This document shows positions 30,218 to 42,489 of a stretch of DNA of 64,000 nt, one piece after another. A program made the translations under genes and the position numbers. This DNA comes from Anaeromyxobacteraceae bacterium. Its GTDB lineage: Bacteria; Myxococcota; Myxococcia; Myxococcales; Anaeromyxobacteraceae. The stretch lies in assembly GCA_032654565.1 (NCBI GenBank), contig JAULAX010000017.1, positions 1 to 64,000 of the forward strand. The letters are read 5' to 3'. Within the stretch, counting starts at the first letter, position 1. Each line of letters starts with the position of its first letter. The notes beneath the pieces were generated by a model that saw only the letters and a program-made list of their open reading frames with translations, searched no databases and was not told the DNA's origin.

Positions 30218-31252
30218 ATGGATTCCGTGGTCCGAGCCAGCCTGCATGACGTCGCGCGCGTGGCGGGTGTCAGCCTGGCCACGGTCGACCGCGTGCTGCA
30301 TGGCCGCTCGGGGGTGCGCGAGCGCACCGTCGAGCGCGTCAACGCCGTCGTGCAGCAGCTCGGCTACCGTCCCGACCCGGCCGCAGCGCGGCTGGCGCGC
30401 AATCGCAGCCTGCGCCTGGCCTTCGTGCTGCCGTCGGGCACCAACAGCTTCGTGGCGCTGCTCAACCAGCAGGTGCAGGCAATCGCGCCCTGGCTGGCCG
30501 AGCAGCGCGCCGCCGCCGCGGTGCAGACCGTCGACGTGTTCTCGCCGCAGGCGCTGGCGCAGCACCTGCACGGATTGCAGGGCCAGTTCGATGCGGTGAT
30601 CGTGATGGCGCTCGACCACCCGCAGGTGCGTGCCGCCATCGACGACCTGGTGGCGCACGGCACCGAGGTGGTCACGCTCGTCTCCGACGTGCCGACGTCC
30701 AAGCGCGCGCATTTCGTCGGCATCGACAACGTCGCCGCCGGGCGCACCGCCGCCACGCTGCTCGGCCGCTTCATCGGGCCGCGCGAAGTCCGCGTGGGCC
30801 TGGTGCTCGGCAGCCGCGCGCTGCGCGACCATGCCGAGCGGCTGTTCGGCTTCGAGCAGGTGATGGCCGCCGAGCACCCGCACCTGAAGCTGCTGGCGCC
30901 GATCGAGGGCCACGACCTGTCCGACCGCACCGAGCCGCTGGTGGCGAAGCTGCTCAAGCGCGAGCCCGGGCTGGCCGGGCTGTACAGCATCGGCGCGGGC
31001 AACCGCGGCATCCAGGCGGCGCTGGCCGCCAGCGGGCGAGCCGACCATGTCGTCTGGGTCTGCCACGAACTCACACCGCACTCGCGCCGCGCCCTGCTCG
31101 ACGGCGTGGCCGACGCGGTCATCAATCAGGATGCCGGCCATGAGGTGCGCTCCGCTTGCCGCCTCGCGCTGGCCCGCCTGTCCGGCGAGCGTGTGCTGGC
31201 GGACCAGGAGCGCATCCGCATCGACATCTTCCTGAAGGACAACCTGCCGTGA
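30218..31252 (+). CDS. LacI-family transcriptional regulator (xylose operon)
   Basis: SLHDVARVAGVSLATVDRVL HTH, LGYRPD.AA..L hinge, VGIDN.AAGRTAA. Confidence 0.92.
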   Translation: MDSVVRASLHDVARVAGVSLATVDRVLHGRSGVRERTVERVNAVVQQLGYRPDPAAARLARNRSLRLAFVLPSGTNSFVALLNQQVQAIAPWLAEQRAAAAVQTVDVFSPQALAQHLHGLQGQFDAVIVMALDHPQVRAAIDDLVAHGTEVVTLVSDVPTSKRAHFVGIDNVAAGRTAATLLGRFIGPREVRVGLVLGSRALRDHAERLFGFEQVMAAEHPHLKLLAPIEGHDLSDRTEPLVAKLLKREPGLAGLYSIGAGNRGIQAALAASGRADHVVWVCHELTPHSRRALLDGVADAVINQDAGHEVRSACRLALARLSGERVLADQERIRIDIFLKDNLP

Positions 31253-31259
31253 GCCCCAC

Positions 31260-32714
<1,455 letters not shown>

Positions 32715-32732
32715 GCCCGAACGAAAGACACC

Positions 32733-34103
32733 ATGAAGAAGACAAAGACGGCAAAGACGGCCTCGTCGCCCGCGGGCGACAGCTACTTCACGCTCAAGGA
32801 GCCGCTGCGCTTCGAAGGCACGCGCTACAAGCCCAGCGCCAGGCGCCCGATGGGTTACCGCTGGTACGACCCCGAGCGCAAGGTGCTGGGCAAGCGCATG
32901 GAAGACCAGCTGCGCTTCGCCGTGTGCTACTGGCACAGCTTCGTGTGGGAAGGCACCGACCCCTTCGGCGGCGAGACCTTCAAACGCCCCTGGCACGCCG
33001 CCGGCGGCGACGCCATGGCGCAGGCGCAGCTGAAGGCCGACACCGCCTTCGAGCTGTTCCGCCTGCTGCGCGCGCCCTACTTCACCTTCCACGACCGCGA
33101 CATCGCCCCGGAAGGCGCGACGCTGCGCGAATCGAACCTGAACGTGCGCCGCATCGGCGAGGTGTTCGAGAAGAAGATGGCGGCCACCGGCGTCAAGCTG
33201 CTGTGGGGCACGGCCAACCTGTTCTCCAACCGGCGCTACATGGCCGGCGCGGCCACCAACCCCGACCCCGAGGTGTTCGCCTACGCCGCCGCGCAGGTGA
33301 AGAACGTGCTCGAGCTGACGCACGAGCTCAAGGGCACGAACTACGTGCTGTGGGGCGGCCGCGAAGGTTACGAGACGCTGCTCAACACCGACCTCAAGCG
33401 CGAGTTCGCGCAGATGGGCCGCTTCCTCACCATGGTGGTCGAGCACAAGCACAAGATCGGCTTCAAGGGCAGCATCCTCATCGAGCCCAAGCCGGCCGAG
33501 CCGACCAAGCACCAGTACGACTACGACGTCGCCACCGTCTACGGCTTCCTCAAGGCGCATGGCCTGGAGAAGGAAGTCAAGGTCAACGTCGAGCAGAACC
33601 ACGCCCTGCTCGCCGGCCACAGCTTCGAGCACGAGATCGCGCTGGCGCAGGCGCTGGGCATCTTCGGCTCGATCGACATGAACCGCGGCGACGAGTTGCT
33701 CGGCTGGGACACCGACCAGTTCCCCAACAACCTGTCGCAGGTGGCGCTGGCGCTGTACCACATCCACCAGGGCGGCGGCTTCGGCACCGGCGGCCTGAAC
33801 TTCGACGCCAAGTTGCGCCGCCAGTCGATCGCCCCCGACGACCTGATCGCCGCGCACGCCGGCGCCATGGACCTGAGCGCGCGCGCGTTGCTGGTGGCCG
33901 AGAAGATGATCGACGACGGTGCGCTCGCCGCGCAGCTGAACCAGCGCTACGCGGGCTGGGACGGCAAGCTGGGCAAGGGCATCCTCGCGGGCAAGCAGTC
34001 GCTGGACGACCTGGCCCGCCTGGTCGCCGCCACCGACCTCGAACCGCAGCCGCGCTCGGGCCGGCAGGAGCAGCTCGAAGCCCTGGTCAACACCTATCTC
34101 TGA
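32733..34103 (+). CDS. xylA: Xylose isomerase (class II)
   Basis: [57 protein letters not shown]. Confidence 0.97.
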   Translation: MKKTKTAKTASSPAGDSYFTLKEPLRFEGTRYKPSARRPMGYRWYDPERKVLGKRMEDQLRFAVCYWHSFVWEGTDPFGGETFKRPWHAAGGDAMAQAQLKADTAFELFRLLRAPYFTFHDRDIAPEGATLRESNLNVRRIGEVFEKKMAATGVKLLWGTANLFSNRRYMAGAATNPDPEVFAYAAAQVKNVLELTHELKGTNYVLWGGREGYETLLNTDLKREFAQMGRFLTMVVEHKHKIGFKGSILIEPKPAEPTKHQYDYDVATVYGFLKAHGLEKEVKVNVEQNHALLAGHSFEHEIALAQALGIFGSIDMNRGDELLGWDTDQFPNNLSQVALALYHIHQGGGFGTGGLNFDAKLRRQSIAPDDLIAAHAGAMDLSARALLVAEKMIDDGALAAQLNQRYAGWDGKLGKGILAGKQSLDDLARLVAATDLEPQPRSGRQEQLEALVNTYL

Positions 34104-34245
34104 GGCGCACAGGATCGCCACACTCACCCTTTCTCACGCCGGCATGGCTCGCCCTGGTGCGAGCAGCGTCCCGCCGATGCCGGCCCGCAGCGATCTCGCG
34201 ATCGTTCAGCACACCCAGGCGGGCGCCAGCCAACAAGGAGACAAC

Positions 34246-35283
34246 ATGAGACTCAAGGCAATCTTCGCGGCGACCCTGGTCGCCACCGGCACCCTCACCC
34301 TCACGCAGGCCGTGCAGGCCGCCGGCGAAACCGTCGGCGTGTCATGGTCCAACTTCCAGGAGGAGCGCTGGAAGACCGACGAGGCCGCCATCAAGGCGGC
34401 GCTCGACAAGGCGGGCCTGAAGTACATCAGCGCCGACGCGGCCGGCTCGGCCGAGAAGCAGGCGGCGGACGTCGAGAGCCTGATCACCAAGGGCGCCAAG
34501 GCGCTGATCATCCTCGCCTGGGACCAGGACGCGATCCTGCCCTCGGTGCAGAAGGCCAAGCAGCGCGGCATTCCCGTCATCGCCTATGACCGCTTGATCC
34601 AGGACAAGGACGTGACCTACCTGACCTTCAACAACGTCGAGGTCGGCCGCATGCAGGCGCGCGAGGTGTTCAAGGTCCAGCCCAAGGGCAACTACGTCTT
34701 CATCAAGGGTGCGGCGACCGACCCGAACGCCGACTTCCTGCGCGGCGGCCAGCAGGAAGTGCTCGACGCGGCGATCAAGAAGGGCGACATCAAGAACGTC
34801 GGCGAGCAATACACCGACGGCTGGGCGCCGGAGAACGCGCAGAAGAACATGGAGCAGATCCTGACCAAGACCGGCGGCAAGGTCGACGCCGTCGTCGCTT
34901 CCAACGACGGCACCGCCGGCGGCGTGGTCGCGGCGCTGAAGGCGCACAACATGGTCGGCATCCCGGTGTCGGGCCAGGACGGCGACAAGGCCGCGCTGAA
35001 TCGCGTCGCGCGCGGCGAGCAGACGGTGTCGGTCTGGAAGGACTCGCGCACGCTGGGCAAGGTGGCCGGCGAGGTCGCGGCCGCGCTGGTGGCGAAGAAG
35101 AAGCCGGCCAACACGACGATCTTCAAGGACGGCAGCAAGAAGATCCCGCAGCAGGCCATCCTGCTGGCGCCGATGCCGATCACCAAGGCCAACCTGCAGG
35201 CGGTGATCGACGCGAAGTGGATCAGCAAGGACGAGGTCTGCGCCGGGGTCGACAAGGCCAAGGCGCCGGCGGCCTGCAAGTAG
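34246..35283 (+). CDS. xylF: D-xylose ABC transporter substrate-binding protein
   Basis: RBS AAGGAG; signal peptide; VGVSWSNFQEERWKTD, AYDRLI, DPNA, ASNDGTAGG, SGQDGD, SVWKD. Confidence 0.92.
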   Translation: MRLKAIFAATLVATGTLTLTQAVQAAGETVGVSWSNFQEERWKTDEAAIKAALDKAGLKYISADAAGSAEKQAADVESLITKGAKALIILAWDQDAILPSVQKAKQRGIPVIAYDRLIQDKDVTYLTFNNVEVGRMQAREVFKVQPKGNYVFIKGAATDPNADFLRGGQQEVLDAAIKKGDIKNVGEQYTDGWAPENAQKNMEQILTKTGGKVDAVVASNDGTAGGVVAALKAHNMVGIPVSGQDGDKAALNRVARGEQTVSVWKDSRTLGKVAGEVAAALVAKKKPANTTIFKDGSKKIPQQAILLAPMPITKANLQAVIDAKWISKDEVCAGVDKAKAPAACK

Positions 35284-35295
35284 GCCACCCAGACC

Positions 35296-35320
35296 GACCC
35301 GCCGGCCGGCCCGGCGGGTC
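35296..35320 (+). terminator. Intercistronic hairpin after xylF (stability element or partial terminator)
   Basis: GACCCGCCGG-CCGGC-CCGGCGGGTC, a 10-bp perfect stem with no U-tract. Confidence 0.5.
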
Positions 35321-35367
35321 GCTGCGAGCGGCCGCCGTGCCGCGCCATCCTGTCCTGAGGAGTACAG

Positions 35368-36573
35368 ATGCTTTCGGGTCTGCTTGCGCACCTGCGCCTC
35401 GATCCCCGGCTGTCGTCGATGGTCGCGGCACTGATCGTCATCGCGATCGTGCTGAACGTGATGACGGGCGGGCTGTTCCTCTCGGCGGAGAACCTCTACA
35501 ACCTGTCGATCCAGACCTGCGTCATCGCGGTGATGGCCTGCGGCATGGTCTACGTGATCGTCGCGCGGCAGATCGACCTGTCGGTCGGATCGCTGCTGGC
35601 CTTCAGCGGCATGGCCGCCGCCTGGGTCCAGACCCGTGCGTTTCCGCCGGACTCGACCACCGGCTGGGTGACGAGCATCGTCGTGGCACTGGCGCTGGGT
35701 GCGGCCGTCGGCGCGATGCAGGGTGCGCTGGTCGCCAGGATGCGCATCCCGGCCTTCATCGTCACGCTGGCCGGCTACCTGATGTTCCGCGGCGCCGCCT
35801 TCCTCGTCAGCGACGGGCAGACACTCGCGCCGCTGCATCCGACCTACCAGGCGCTCGGCGGCGGTGTCAACGGCGCGATCGGCGTCACGGCCAGCATCGT
35901 GCTGGGCCTGCTCGCCGCGGCCTGGGTCGTCTGGCACGCCTGGACCGGGCGGCGTGATCAACGCCGCTACGGCATCGAGCCGGCGCCGATCTGGGTCGAC
36001 GCGCTGAAGGCAGCCCTGTTGTGCGCCGCCATCGCCGGCTTCGTCTGGACGATGTGCCTGGCACCCGACTTCACCAACGTCGACGAAGCCGGCATGCCGC
36101 GCGGCCGCGGCATCGGCGTGCCGGTGCTGATCCTGCTCGTCATCGCCGGCTTCATGACCTTCGTCGCGCAGCGCACGCGCTACGGGCGCTACGTGTTCGC
36201 CTACGGCGGCAACCCCGAGGCGGCGCTGCTCTCCGGCCTGCCGACCACCTGGCTGGTCTGGTCGCTGTTCATCCTCACCGGCGTGCTGGCGGCGATCGCC
36301 TCGGTGATCACGACGGCGCGCCTCGGCTCGGGGGCCAATTCGATCGGCCAGCTCGCCGAGCTGTACGTGATCTCCGCCGCCGTCATCGGCGGCACCTCGT
36401 TCGCCGGCGGCACCGGCTCGGTGCCCGGTGCGGTGCTCGGCGCGCTGCTGATCCAGACGCTCGACAACGGCATGGTGCTGCTCGACGTCTCCAGCCCGAT
36501 GCGCCAGATCTTCATCGGCATCGTGCTGATCGTGTCGGTCTGGTTCGACGTCGTCTACCAGAAGAGGGCCTGA
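35368..36573 (+). CDS. xylH: Xylose ABC transporter permease
   Basis: [51 protein letters not shown]. Confidence 0.9.
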   Translation: MLSGLLAHLRLDPRLSSMVAALIVIAIVLNVMTGGLFLSAENLYNLSIQTCVIAVMACGMVYVIVARQIDLSVGSLLAFSGMAAAWVQTRAFPPDSTTGWVTSIVVALALGAAVGAMQGALVARMRIPAFIVTLAGYLMFRGAAFLVSDGQTLAPLHPTYQALGGGVNGAIGVTASIVLGLLAAAWVVWHAWTGRRDQRRYGIEPAPIWVDALKAALLCAAIAGFVWTMCLAPDFTNVDEAGMPRGRGIGVPVLILLVIAGFMTFVAQRTRYGRYVFAYGGNPEAALLSGLPTTWLVWSLFILTGVLAAIASVITTARLGSGANSIGQLAELYVISAAVIGGTSFAGGTGSVPGAVLGALLIQTLDNGMVLLDVSSPMRQIFIGIVLIVSVWFDVVYQKRA

Positions 36574-36575
36574 CC

Positions 36576-37373
36576 ATGATGCAGATGGAGCAAGCCCCGG
36601 CACCGGCGGCGCCCGCGGATCGCGAGGCCTTCGTGCAGATGCGGCAGATCGTCAAGCGCTTCGGCGGCCTGGTCGCGGTGAACCATGTCGATCTCGACCT
36701 GTACGCCGGCGAGTGTGTCGGCGTGCTCGGCCACAACGGCGCCGGCAAGACGGTGCTGATCAAGGTGCTGTCGGGCGTCTACGTTCCCGACGAAGGCTCG
36801 ATCCAGGTGCATGGCAAGCCGGTGAGCTTCCGCACCCCGCACGACGCGCAGGCCGCCGGCATCGAGACCATCCACCAGACGCTGGCGCTGGCCGACAACC
36901 TCGACGGGCCGGGCAACCTGTTCCTCGGCCGCGAGCTGCTGACGCCCTGGCGCACGCTGGACAGCCGGCGCATGGAGTACGAGGCGCGCAACGTCATCAA
37001 GCGCCTGAACCCGAACTTCAGGAACATCCTCGACCCGGTGCTGCGCATGTCGGGCGGCCAGCGCCAGTCGGTGGCGATCGCGCGCGCGCTGTACTTCAAC
37101 GCGCGCATCCTGATCATGGACGAGCCCTGCGCGGCCCTCGGCCCCGCCGAGACGCGCATGGTGCTCGAGACGATCAAGCGGCTGAAGGCGGAGGGCATCG
37201 GCATCTTCCTGATCAGCCACGAGATGCACGACGTGTTCGAGGTCTGCGACCGCGCGACGGTGATGAAGAACGGCAGCGTCGTCGGCATGGTGCAGATGAA
37301 GGACGTGACGCAGGACGAGGTGCTGCAGATGATCATCCAGGGCAAGCGGCCAGTGCCGGCCCAGGCGGCATGA
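36576..37373 (+). CDS. xylG: Sugar ABC transporter ATP-binding protein (single NBD)
   Basis: [25 protein letters not shown]. Confidence 0.88.
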   Translation: MMQMEQAPAPAAPADREAFVQMRQIVKRFGGLVAVNHVDLDLYAGECVGVLGHNGAGKTVLIKVLSGVYVPDEGSIQVHGKPVSFRTPHDAQAAGIETIHQTLALADNLDGPGNLFLGRELLTPWRTLDSRRMEYEARNVIKRLNPNFRNILDPVLRMSGGQRQSVAIARALYFNARILIMDEPCAALGPAETRMVLETIKRLKAEGIGIFLISHEMHDVFEVCDRATVMKNGSVVGMVQMKDVTQDEVLQMIIQGKRPVPAQAA

Positions 37374-39016
37374 AGGCACGGGCGGCGCTCGCGACGCTGG
37401 CGCTGGCCGGGACGGGCCTGCTGCTGCCGGCGGCCCTGCGGGCGCAAGTGCCCGCGGTGCCGCGCTTCGTCGACGAGACCGATGCCGCCGGCGTGCAGAG
37501 CCGCTTCGACGGCGACTGGGAATACACCGTCGGTGGCGGCGTCGCCGCGCTGGACTGCGACGGCAGCGGAGCGCCTTCGCTGTTCATTGCCGGCGGCGCG
37601 AACCGGTCGAAGTTCTACCGCAACAAGAGCCAGCGCGGCGGCGCGCTCCGGTTCGTGCAGGAACGTGCCGGCCTCGAGCTGACCAGCACGCTGGGCGCCT
37701 ACCCGATCGATCTGGACGGCGACGGCGTGCTCGACCTCGTCGTGCTGCGTGTCGGCGAGACGCTGCTGATGCGCGGACTCGGCGACTGCCGTTTCGAGCG
37801 CGCCAACGAACGCTGGCAGTTCGCCGGCGGCAATCAGTGGACCACCGCGTTCGCCGCAGCCTGGCTGGGCCGCGACGCGTTTCCCACGCTCGCCTTCGGC
37901 ACCTACGTCGACCGCGCCCGCCAGGACTTCCCCTGGGGCAACTGCACGGACAACGCCTTGTTGCGCCCGGCGCGCGGCGACACGCTGGCCTTCGAGGCGC
38001 CGCTGCCGCTCAAACCCGGCCACTGCGCACTCGGCATGATGTTCTCCGACTGGAATCGCAGCGGACTGCCGGCGCTGCGCATCGCCAACGACCGCGAGTA
38101 CTACAAGGGCGGGCAGGAGCAGCTCTGGCATGTTCCACCCAGCAGCGAGCCCGGCAGCGCGCCGCGCCTGTTCGCTGCCGACGAAGGCTGGAAGCCGCTG
38201 CAGATCTGGGGCATGGGCATCGCCAGCGCCGACCTCGACGGCAGCGGCTACCCGGCCTACTTCCTCACCAGCATGGCCGACAACAAGCTGCAGATGCTGG
38301 TGGCGGGATCCACCAAGCCCGTGTACCGCGATGTCGCCTTCGTCAAGGGCGTCACCGCGCACCGCCCCTTCGCGGGCGGCGACGTGCATCCATCGACGGC
38401 GTGGCATGCGCAGTTCGCCGACGTCAACAACGACGGCTGGCAGGACCTCTTCGTCGTCAAGGGCAACGTCGGCAACATGCCCGACTTCGCGATGCTCGAC
38501 CCGAGCAACCTGCTGCTCGGCGATCCCGACGGCCGCTACCGCGAGGCGGCCGGCGAGTCGGGCCTGCTGAACTACCAGCGCGGCCGCGGCGGCTTGATGG
38601 TCGACCTCAACGGCGACGGTCTGCTCGACGCGTTGATCGTCAACCGCTGGGACCGCGCCAAACTGTGGCGCAACGTCGGCGCCGGCACGGCGGCCGCGCC
38701 GAGGCCCATCGGCCACTGGCTGCAGCTGCGCTTGCGCCAGGACGGCGGCAACCGCGATGCCATCGGCGCCTGGCTGGAGGTGGAGGCCGGCGGCCGCGTG
38801 CAGCGGCGTGAGCAGTTCGTCGGCGGCGGGCATGCCAGCGGCACGGTCGGCTTCCTGCACGTCGGCCTGGGCGCCGCGACGAAGGCACGCGTGCGGGTGC
38901 TCTGGCCGGGTGCGAAGCCGGGCGATGCGGCGCTCACCAGCCCCTGGTTCGACGCTGCCGCCGACGGTTTCTACCTCGTCGATCGGCAGAACGGGCTGCT
39001 GGCATGGCAGCCCTGA
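37370..39016 (+). CDS. Secreted FG-GAP/VCBS-repeat protein with C-terminal ASPIC/UnbV domain (CRTAC1 family)
   Basis: Signal peptide; [47 protein letters not shown] repeats; NRDAIGA...GGGHASG...HVGLG...V.WP. ATGA overlap with xylG. Confidence 0.9.
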   Translation: MKARAALATLALAGTGLLLPAALRAQVPAVPRFVDETDAAGVQSRFDGDWEYTVGGGVAALDCDGSGAPSLFIAGGANRSKFYRNKSQRGGALRFVQERAGLELTSTLGAYPIDLDGDGVLDLVVLRVGETLLMRGLGDCRFERANERWQFAGGNQWTTAFAAAWLGRDAFPTLAFGTYVDRARQDFPWGNCTDNALLRPARGDTLAFEAPLPLKPGHCALGMMFSDWNRSGLPALRIANDREYYKGGQEQLWHVPPSSEPGSAPRLFAADEGWKPLQIWGMGIASADLDGSGYPAYFLTSMADNKLQMLVAGSTKPVYRDVAFVKGVTAHRPFAGGDVHPSTAWHAQFADVNNDGWQDLFVVKGNVGNMPDFAMLDPSNLLLGDPDGRYREAAGESGLLNYQRGRGGLMVDLNGDGLLDALIVNRWDRAKLWRNVGAGTAAAPRPIGHWLQLRLRQDGGNRDAIGAWLEVEAGGRVQRREQFVGGGHASGTVGFLHVGLGAATKARVRVLWPGAKPGDAALTSPWFDAAADGFYLVDRQNGLLAWQP

Positions 39017-40347
39017 GGGCGATGCTGCTGTGGCTCCTCGCCGCGGCCGGCACCGCGCAGGCGCAGATGGTGAACACCGAGGCCTCGCGCTACAGCGCTG
39101 CGGTGGCCACCGAGTGGTTCCGCGTCGTGCTGCCGGCCATCCAGCAGACGCCGGGGCAGTCGCCGCCGGTGGCGGCGCGCACGCTCGCCTACCTCGGTCT
39201 CGGGCTGTACGAATCCATCCTGGCCGGTTTGCCGGCGCAGCGCAGCTTCGCGGGCCAGTTGGTCGAGCTCGAATCGCTGCCCGCCGCGCAACCCGACGAG
39301 GTGCTGCACTGGCCCACCGTGGCCAACGCGACGCTGGCCGCGCTGACGCAGATGCTGCTGCCCAACGCGCCGCCCGACTGGAAGGCGCGCTTCGAGGCGC
39401 TGGAGCGCAACATGCCGGTAGCGCAGTCGGCCGACTTCGACCCGGCTCAGCGCACACCCGAGGTGATCATCCGCTCCGAGACGCACGGCAAGCTGCTCGC
39501 GATGGCGTTGATGACCTGGGCGCGCACCGACGGCGGCCACGACGCCAGCGGAGCGCGCCGCGCGCGGCTGGACGCCGCCTACGTCTCGCCCAGCGGCCCG
39601 GGCGCCTGGGTGCCCACGCCGCCGCGCTTCGCGCGCCCGCTGCTGCCGAACTGGGGCGACAACCGGCCCTTCATGCCGACGGCGCAGCAGCGCTGCGCAC
39701 CGCCCGGCCCGCCGAAATACGACGAGACGCCCGGATCGCCCTTCCACCGCGAGGCCGACGAGGTGCGCCGCGCCGGCGTGCAGCCCACCGAGGAGCAGCG
39801 CCGCATCGCGCTGTACTGGGCCGACGACCCGCTGAAGACGCCCACGCCGGCGGGCCACTGGGCCTGGATCCTCACCGACCTGCTGCGCGACCGCAAGGCG
39901 AACCTGGCCAGCGCGGCCGAGCAGTACGCGCGTTTGAACCTGGCCATGGCCGACGCCTTCGTCGCAACCTGGAAGCTGAAGTACGCGCTCAACCTGATCC
40001 GGCCGGTGACCTATATCCAGCTCGCCTTCGACAGCAACTGGGTGCCGCCGCTGATGGAGACGCCGCCCTTCCCCGAGTACCCGTCGGGCCACTCGGTGCA
40101 GTCGGGCTCCGCCGCGGCGGTGCTCGAGGCCTTCTACGGCCGCGACACCGCCTTCGAGGACCGCGCGCACAACGACCGCGGCTGGGGTCCGCAGCGCTTC
40201 AAGAGCTTTGCCGCGGCCGCCGATCAGGCCGCTGTCTCCCGGCTGTACGCCGGCATCCATTTCCGCAGCGCCATCGAGCACGGCACCACGATGGGCCGCT
40301 GCATCGGCGCGCAGGCGCTGTCGCTCGTCACGCGCGGCACGCCGTGA
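39004..40347 (+). CDS. Secreted vanadium-dependent haloperoxidase-like protein (PAP2 superfamily)
   Basis: Signal peptide; K-x6-RP (KYALNLIRP), TPPFPEYPSGHS, SR-x5-H (SRLYAGIHF); IALYWAD...GHW. Alternative start at 39022. Confidence 0.88.
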   Translation: MAALRAMLLWLLAAAGTAQAQMVNTEASRYSAAVATEWFRVVLPAIQQTPGQSPPVAARTLAYLGLGLYESILAGLPAQRSFAGQLVELESLPAAQPDEVLHWPTVANATLAALTQMLLPNAPPDWKARFEALERNMPVAQSADFDPAQRTPEVIIRSETHGKLLAMALMTWARTDGGHDASGARRARLDAAYVSPSGPGAWVPTPPRFARPLLPNWGDNRPFMPTAQQRCAPPGPPKYDETPGSPFHREADEVRRAGVQPTEEQRRIALYWADDPLKTPTPAGHWAWILTDLLRDRKANLASAAEQYARLNLAMADAFVATWKLKYALNLIRPVTYIQLAFDSNWVPPLMETPPFPEYPSGHSVQSGSAAAVLEAFYGRDTAFEDRAHNDRGWGPQRFKSFAAAADQAAVSRLYAGIHFRSAIEHGTTMGRCIGAQALSLVTRGTP

Positions 40348-40369
40348 GGCGCGGACCTACACTGAGTTG

Positions 40370-42061
40370 ATGGCCAGCAACCTTGCGCCAGCCGAATCGG
40401 CCGGGCTCACGCGCCACGGCGACGCCACCGTGCGCCACCTGCGCCAGGTGCTGCTGTGGCCGCTGCGGCTGCTGCCGCGCCCGCGTGCCGCGGGCGACCA
40501 GGGCCCGCCCTGGCAGCACCTGCGCGACATGGCCGGTTCTTCGCCCTGGCGCGAGGTGGTCGACGAGTTCACCGGCGACAGCGCCGGTTTCCACGAGCGC
40601 CACTACAACGAGTTCGTGTCTTTCCTGCCGGTGGTGCAGCGCTTCCTGTTCGGCGAGGGACGTGCCGGCCGCGACAGCGAGCGCGACGACAGCGGCGCGC
40701 CGATGCGCGTGTTCCGCCGCAGCGACATCGCCGCCGTGCGCATCACCGCGCGGCCCGGCGACGCGCCGGTGCTGCTGGACATCGTGCACGTCGACCTGTA
40801 TTTCTTCTTCGACGTCGACGTGGTCATGCTCAACGTCGAGGTCAGCGCCAACGACCTGCCGCTGGACGTCGCGCAGGAGGTGCTCTACCGCTTCGGCCGC
40901 GCCTACCCGGCCGGCTGGGACGCGCAGGGCCGCGCGCTGAACTGCCTGGCCGGGCTCGAATGGCTGGGGCCCGACGGCAGCGTGCTGGCGCGCTCCGATT
41001 CGCAGGACCGCGACGCCTTCCTCGCCCATGTGGCCGAACACCGCGCGCCGCGCGTGGCGGCGCACTGGGCCTTCGTGCTCGCGCCGCTGGTGGCCGACCA
41101 TGCCGACCACGGCGCGGCGCTGCGCGTGCGGCAGATCGAGTACTACCGCATGCCGATGATGGCCTACCTGTCGCTGGACGACCCGCGTCGGCTCACGCGC
41201 GGCGACTTCATTCGGCTCGGCCTGGTCACCGCCGCGGCCGCCGCCGATGCCGCGCTGCCCTACGGCGAGCAGCACCTGTCCGACTTCGAGCAGCGCTTCT
41301 GCTACGACCGCTTCTGGTCCGACGGCGGCGCGGCGCCGAACACGCGCTACCTGTGCAGCGGCCATGCGCTGGTCGTCGTCGGCCCGGCGCAGTCGCAGTT
41401 CTACGGCTGCCGCGACCGCGGCGTGCTGGCGCAGTTCCGCCACCAGCATTTCCTGCTGTTCCTCATCGCGCATTTCCAGAAGGCGGCGCTGCTGATGTTC
41501 ACCGACCGGCTGGTCGAGGCGCTGAAGGGCCTGGACGTGCGCCGGCCCGAGAGCGTGAAGCGCTTCAAGCGCGCGATCCGCAGCAGCTTCGAAGGCTTCC
41601 TGCGCTTCACGCACCGCTACTGGTTCCACGACATTTCGGACCAGGTGCAGGTGCGCGCGCTGTTCCAGATGTGCGCCACCCACCTGCGCCTGGATTCGCT
41701 GTACTGCGAGGTCAAGGAACGCATCGAGGACATGAATGCCTACCTCGACGCCGACAGCCTGCGCCGCCAGGCCAACACCGTGGTGCGCCTGACCGTGGTG
41801 ACGATCTTCGGCCTGATCGGCACGGTGACCACCGGCTTCCTCGGCATGAACCTGCTGGCCGAGGCCGATGCGCCGCTGTCGCGCCGGCTGTGGATCTTCG
41901 CCCTGGTGTTCGGGCTGACCGCGGCGCTGACGGTCTACACGATGGTCAAGTCCAAGCGGCTGTCGGACTTCCTCGACGCCTTGTCCGACGAGCACCTGTC
42001 GATCTGGGGCAAGTGCAAGGCCCTGGCTTCGGTCTGGCGGCACGAGCGGCACGAGGCCTGA
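40370..42061 (+). CDS. Long CorA-like protein (C-terminal 2-TM with GMN motif)
   Basis: QANTVVRLTVVTIFGLIGTVTTGFLGMN followed by a second TM helix; ~470-aa soluble N-terminus. Confidence 0.72.
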   Translation: MASNLAPAESAGLTRHGDATVRHLRQVLLWPLRLLPRPRAAGDQGPPWQHLRDMAGSSPWREVVDEFTGDSAGFHERHYNEFVSFLPVVQRFLFGEGRAGRDSERDDSGAPMRVFRRSDIAAVRITARPGDAPVLLDIVHVDLYFFFDVDVVMLNVEVSANDLPLDVAQEVLYRFGRAYPAGWDAQGRALNCLAGLEWLGPDGSVLARSDSQDRDAFLAHVAEHRAPRVAAHWAFVLAPLVADHADHGAALRVRQIEYYRMPMMAYLSLDDPRRLTRGDFIRLGLVTAAAAADAALPYGEQHLSDFEQRFCYDRFWSDGGAAPNTRYLCSGHALVVVGPAQSQFYGCRDRGVLAQFRHQHFLLFLIAHFQKAALLMFTDRLVEALKGLDVRRPESVKRFKRAIRSSFEGFLRFTHRYWFHDISDQVQVRALFQMCATHLRLDSLYCEVKERIEDMNAYLDADSLRRQANTVVRLTVVTIFGLIGTVTTGFLGMNLLAEADAPLSRRLWIFALVFGLTAALTVYTMVKSKRLSDFLDALSDEHLSIWGKCKALASVWRHERHEA

Positions 42062-42165
42062 GCCCTTTCGCACGTCCACCCGGGGAGTCTTCCCGCGGCA
42101 GGCAACACGCCGAGTTCCGAGCCGGTGCCGCCTGGTCCTGTCAAGGTAACAGCGGCGCGAAACCC

Positions 42166-42194
42166 TTCCAGGGCGTGAAAGTGCCGCGTAAAAT
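42166..42194 (+). promoter_or_regulatory. Putative sigma70 promoter for the small ORF
   Basis: TTCCAG-N17-TAAAAT, flanked by the inverted pair GTAACAGC (42146-42153) / GCTGTTAC (42199-42206). Confidence 0.45.
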
Positions 42195-42258
42195 ACAGGC
42201 TGTTACAAGCTGGCCGCAGGGAATGCCACACCAGCACAACGCCTAGGAAGGGGACGAC

Positions 42259-42450
42259 ATGACCGACTCACTGCCTGTTCGCGAGTACCAGGAATCCCGC
42301 ATCGAAGACGAGCCCATCCTCGGGCCCGTGCTGGCGCTGCCCGATGGCCGCATCCAGCCGCTGACGTGGATGGAGCGCATCATGGTCGCGCTGCACCTGA
42401 CCAACGCGAAGCTGCTCGAGGCGCGCTACTACAAGCCGGCGCACTCCTGA
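42259..42450 (+). CDS. Small hypothetical protein (63 aa)
   Basis: Purine-rich RBS GGAAGGGG; GC3-biased codons; fills the gap between the CorA-like gene and the convergent yfiB. Confidence 0.7.
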   Translation: MTDSLPVREYQESRIEDEPILGPVLALPDGRIQPLTWMERIMVALHLTNAKLLEARYYKPAHS

Positions 42451-42489
42451 GCCGGGCGCGGCCCGGCGCCGCGCACTTTCACAGGCCGC

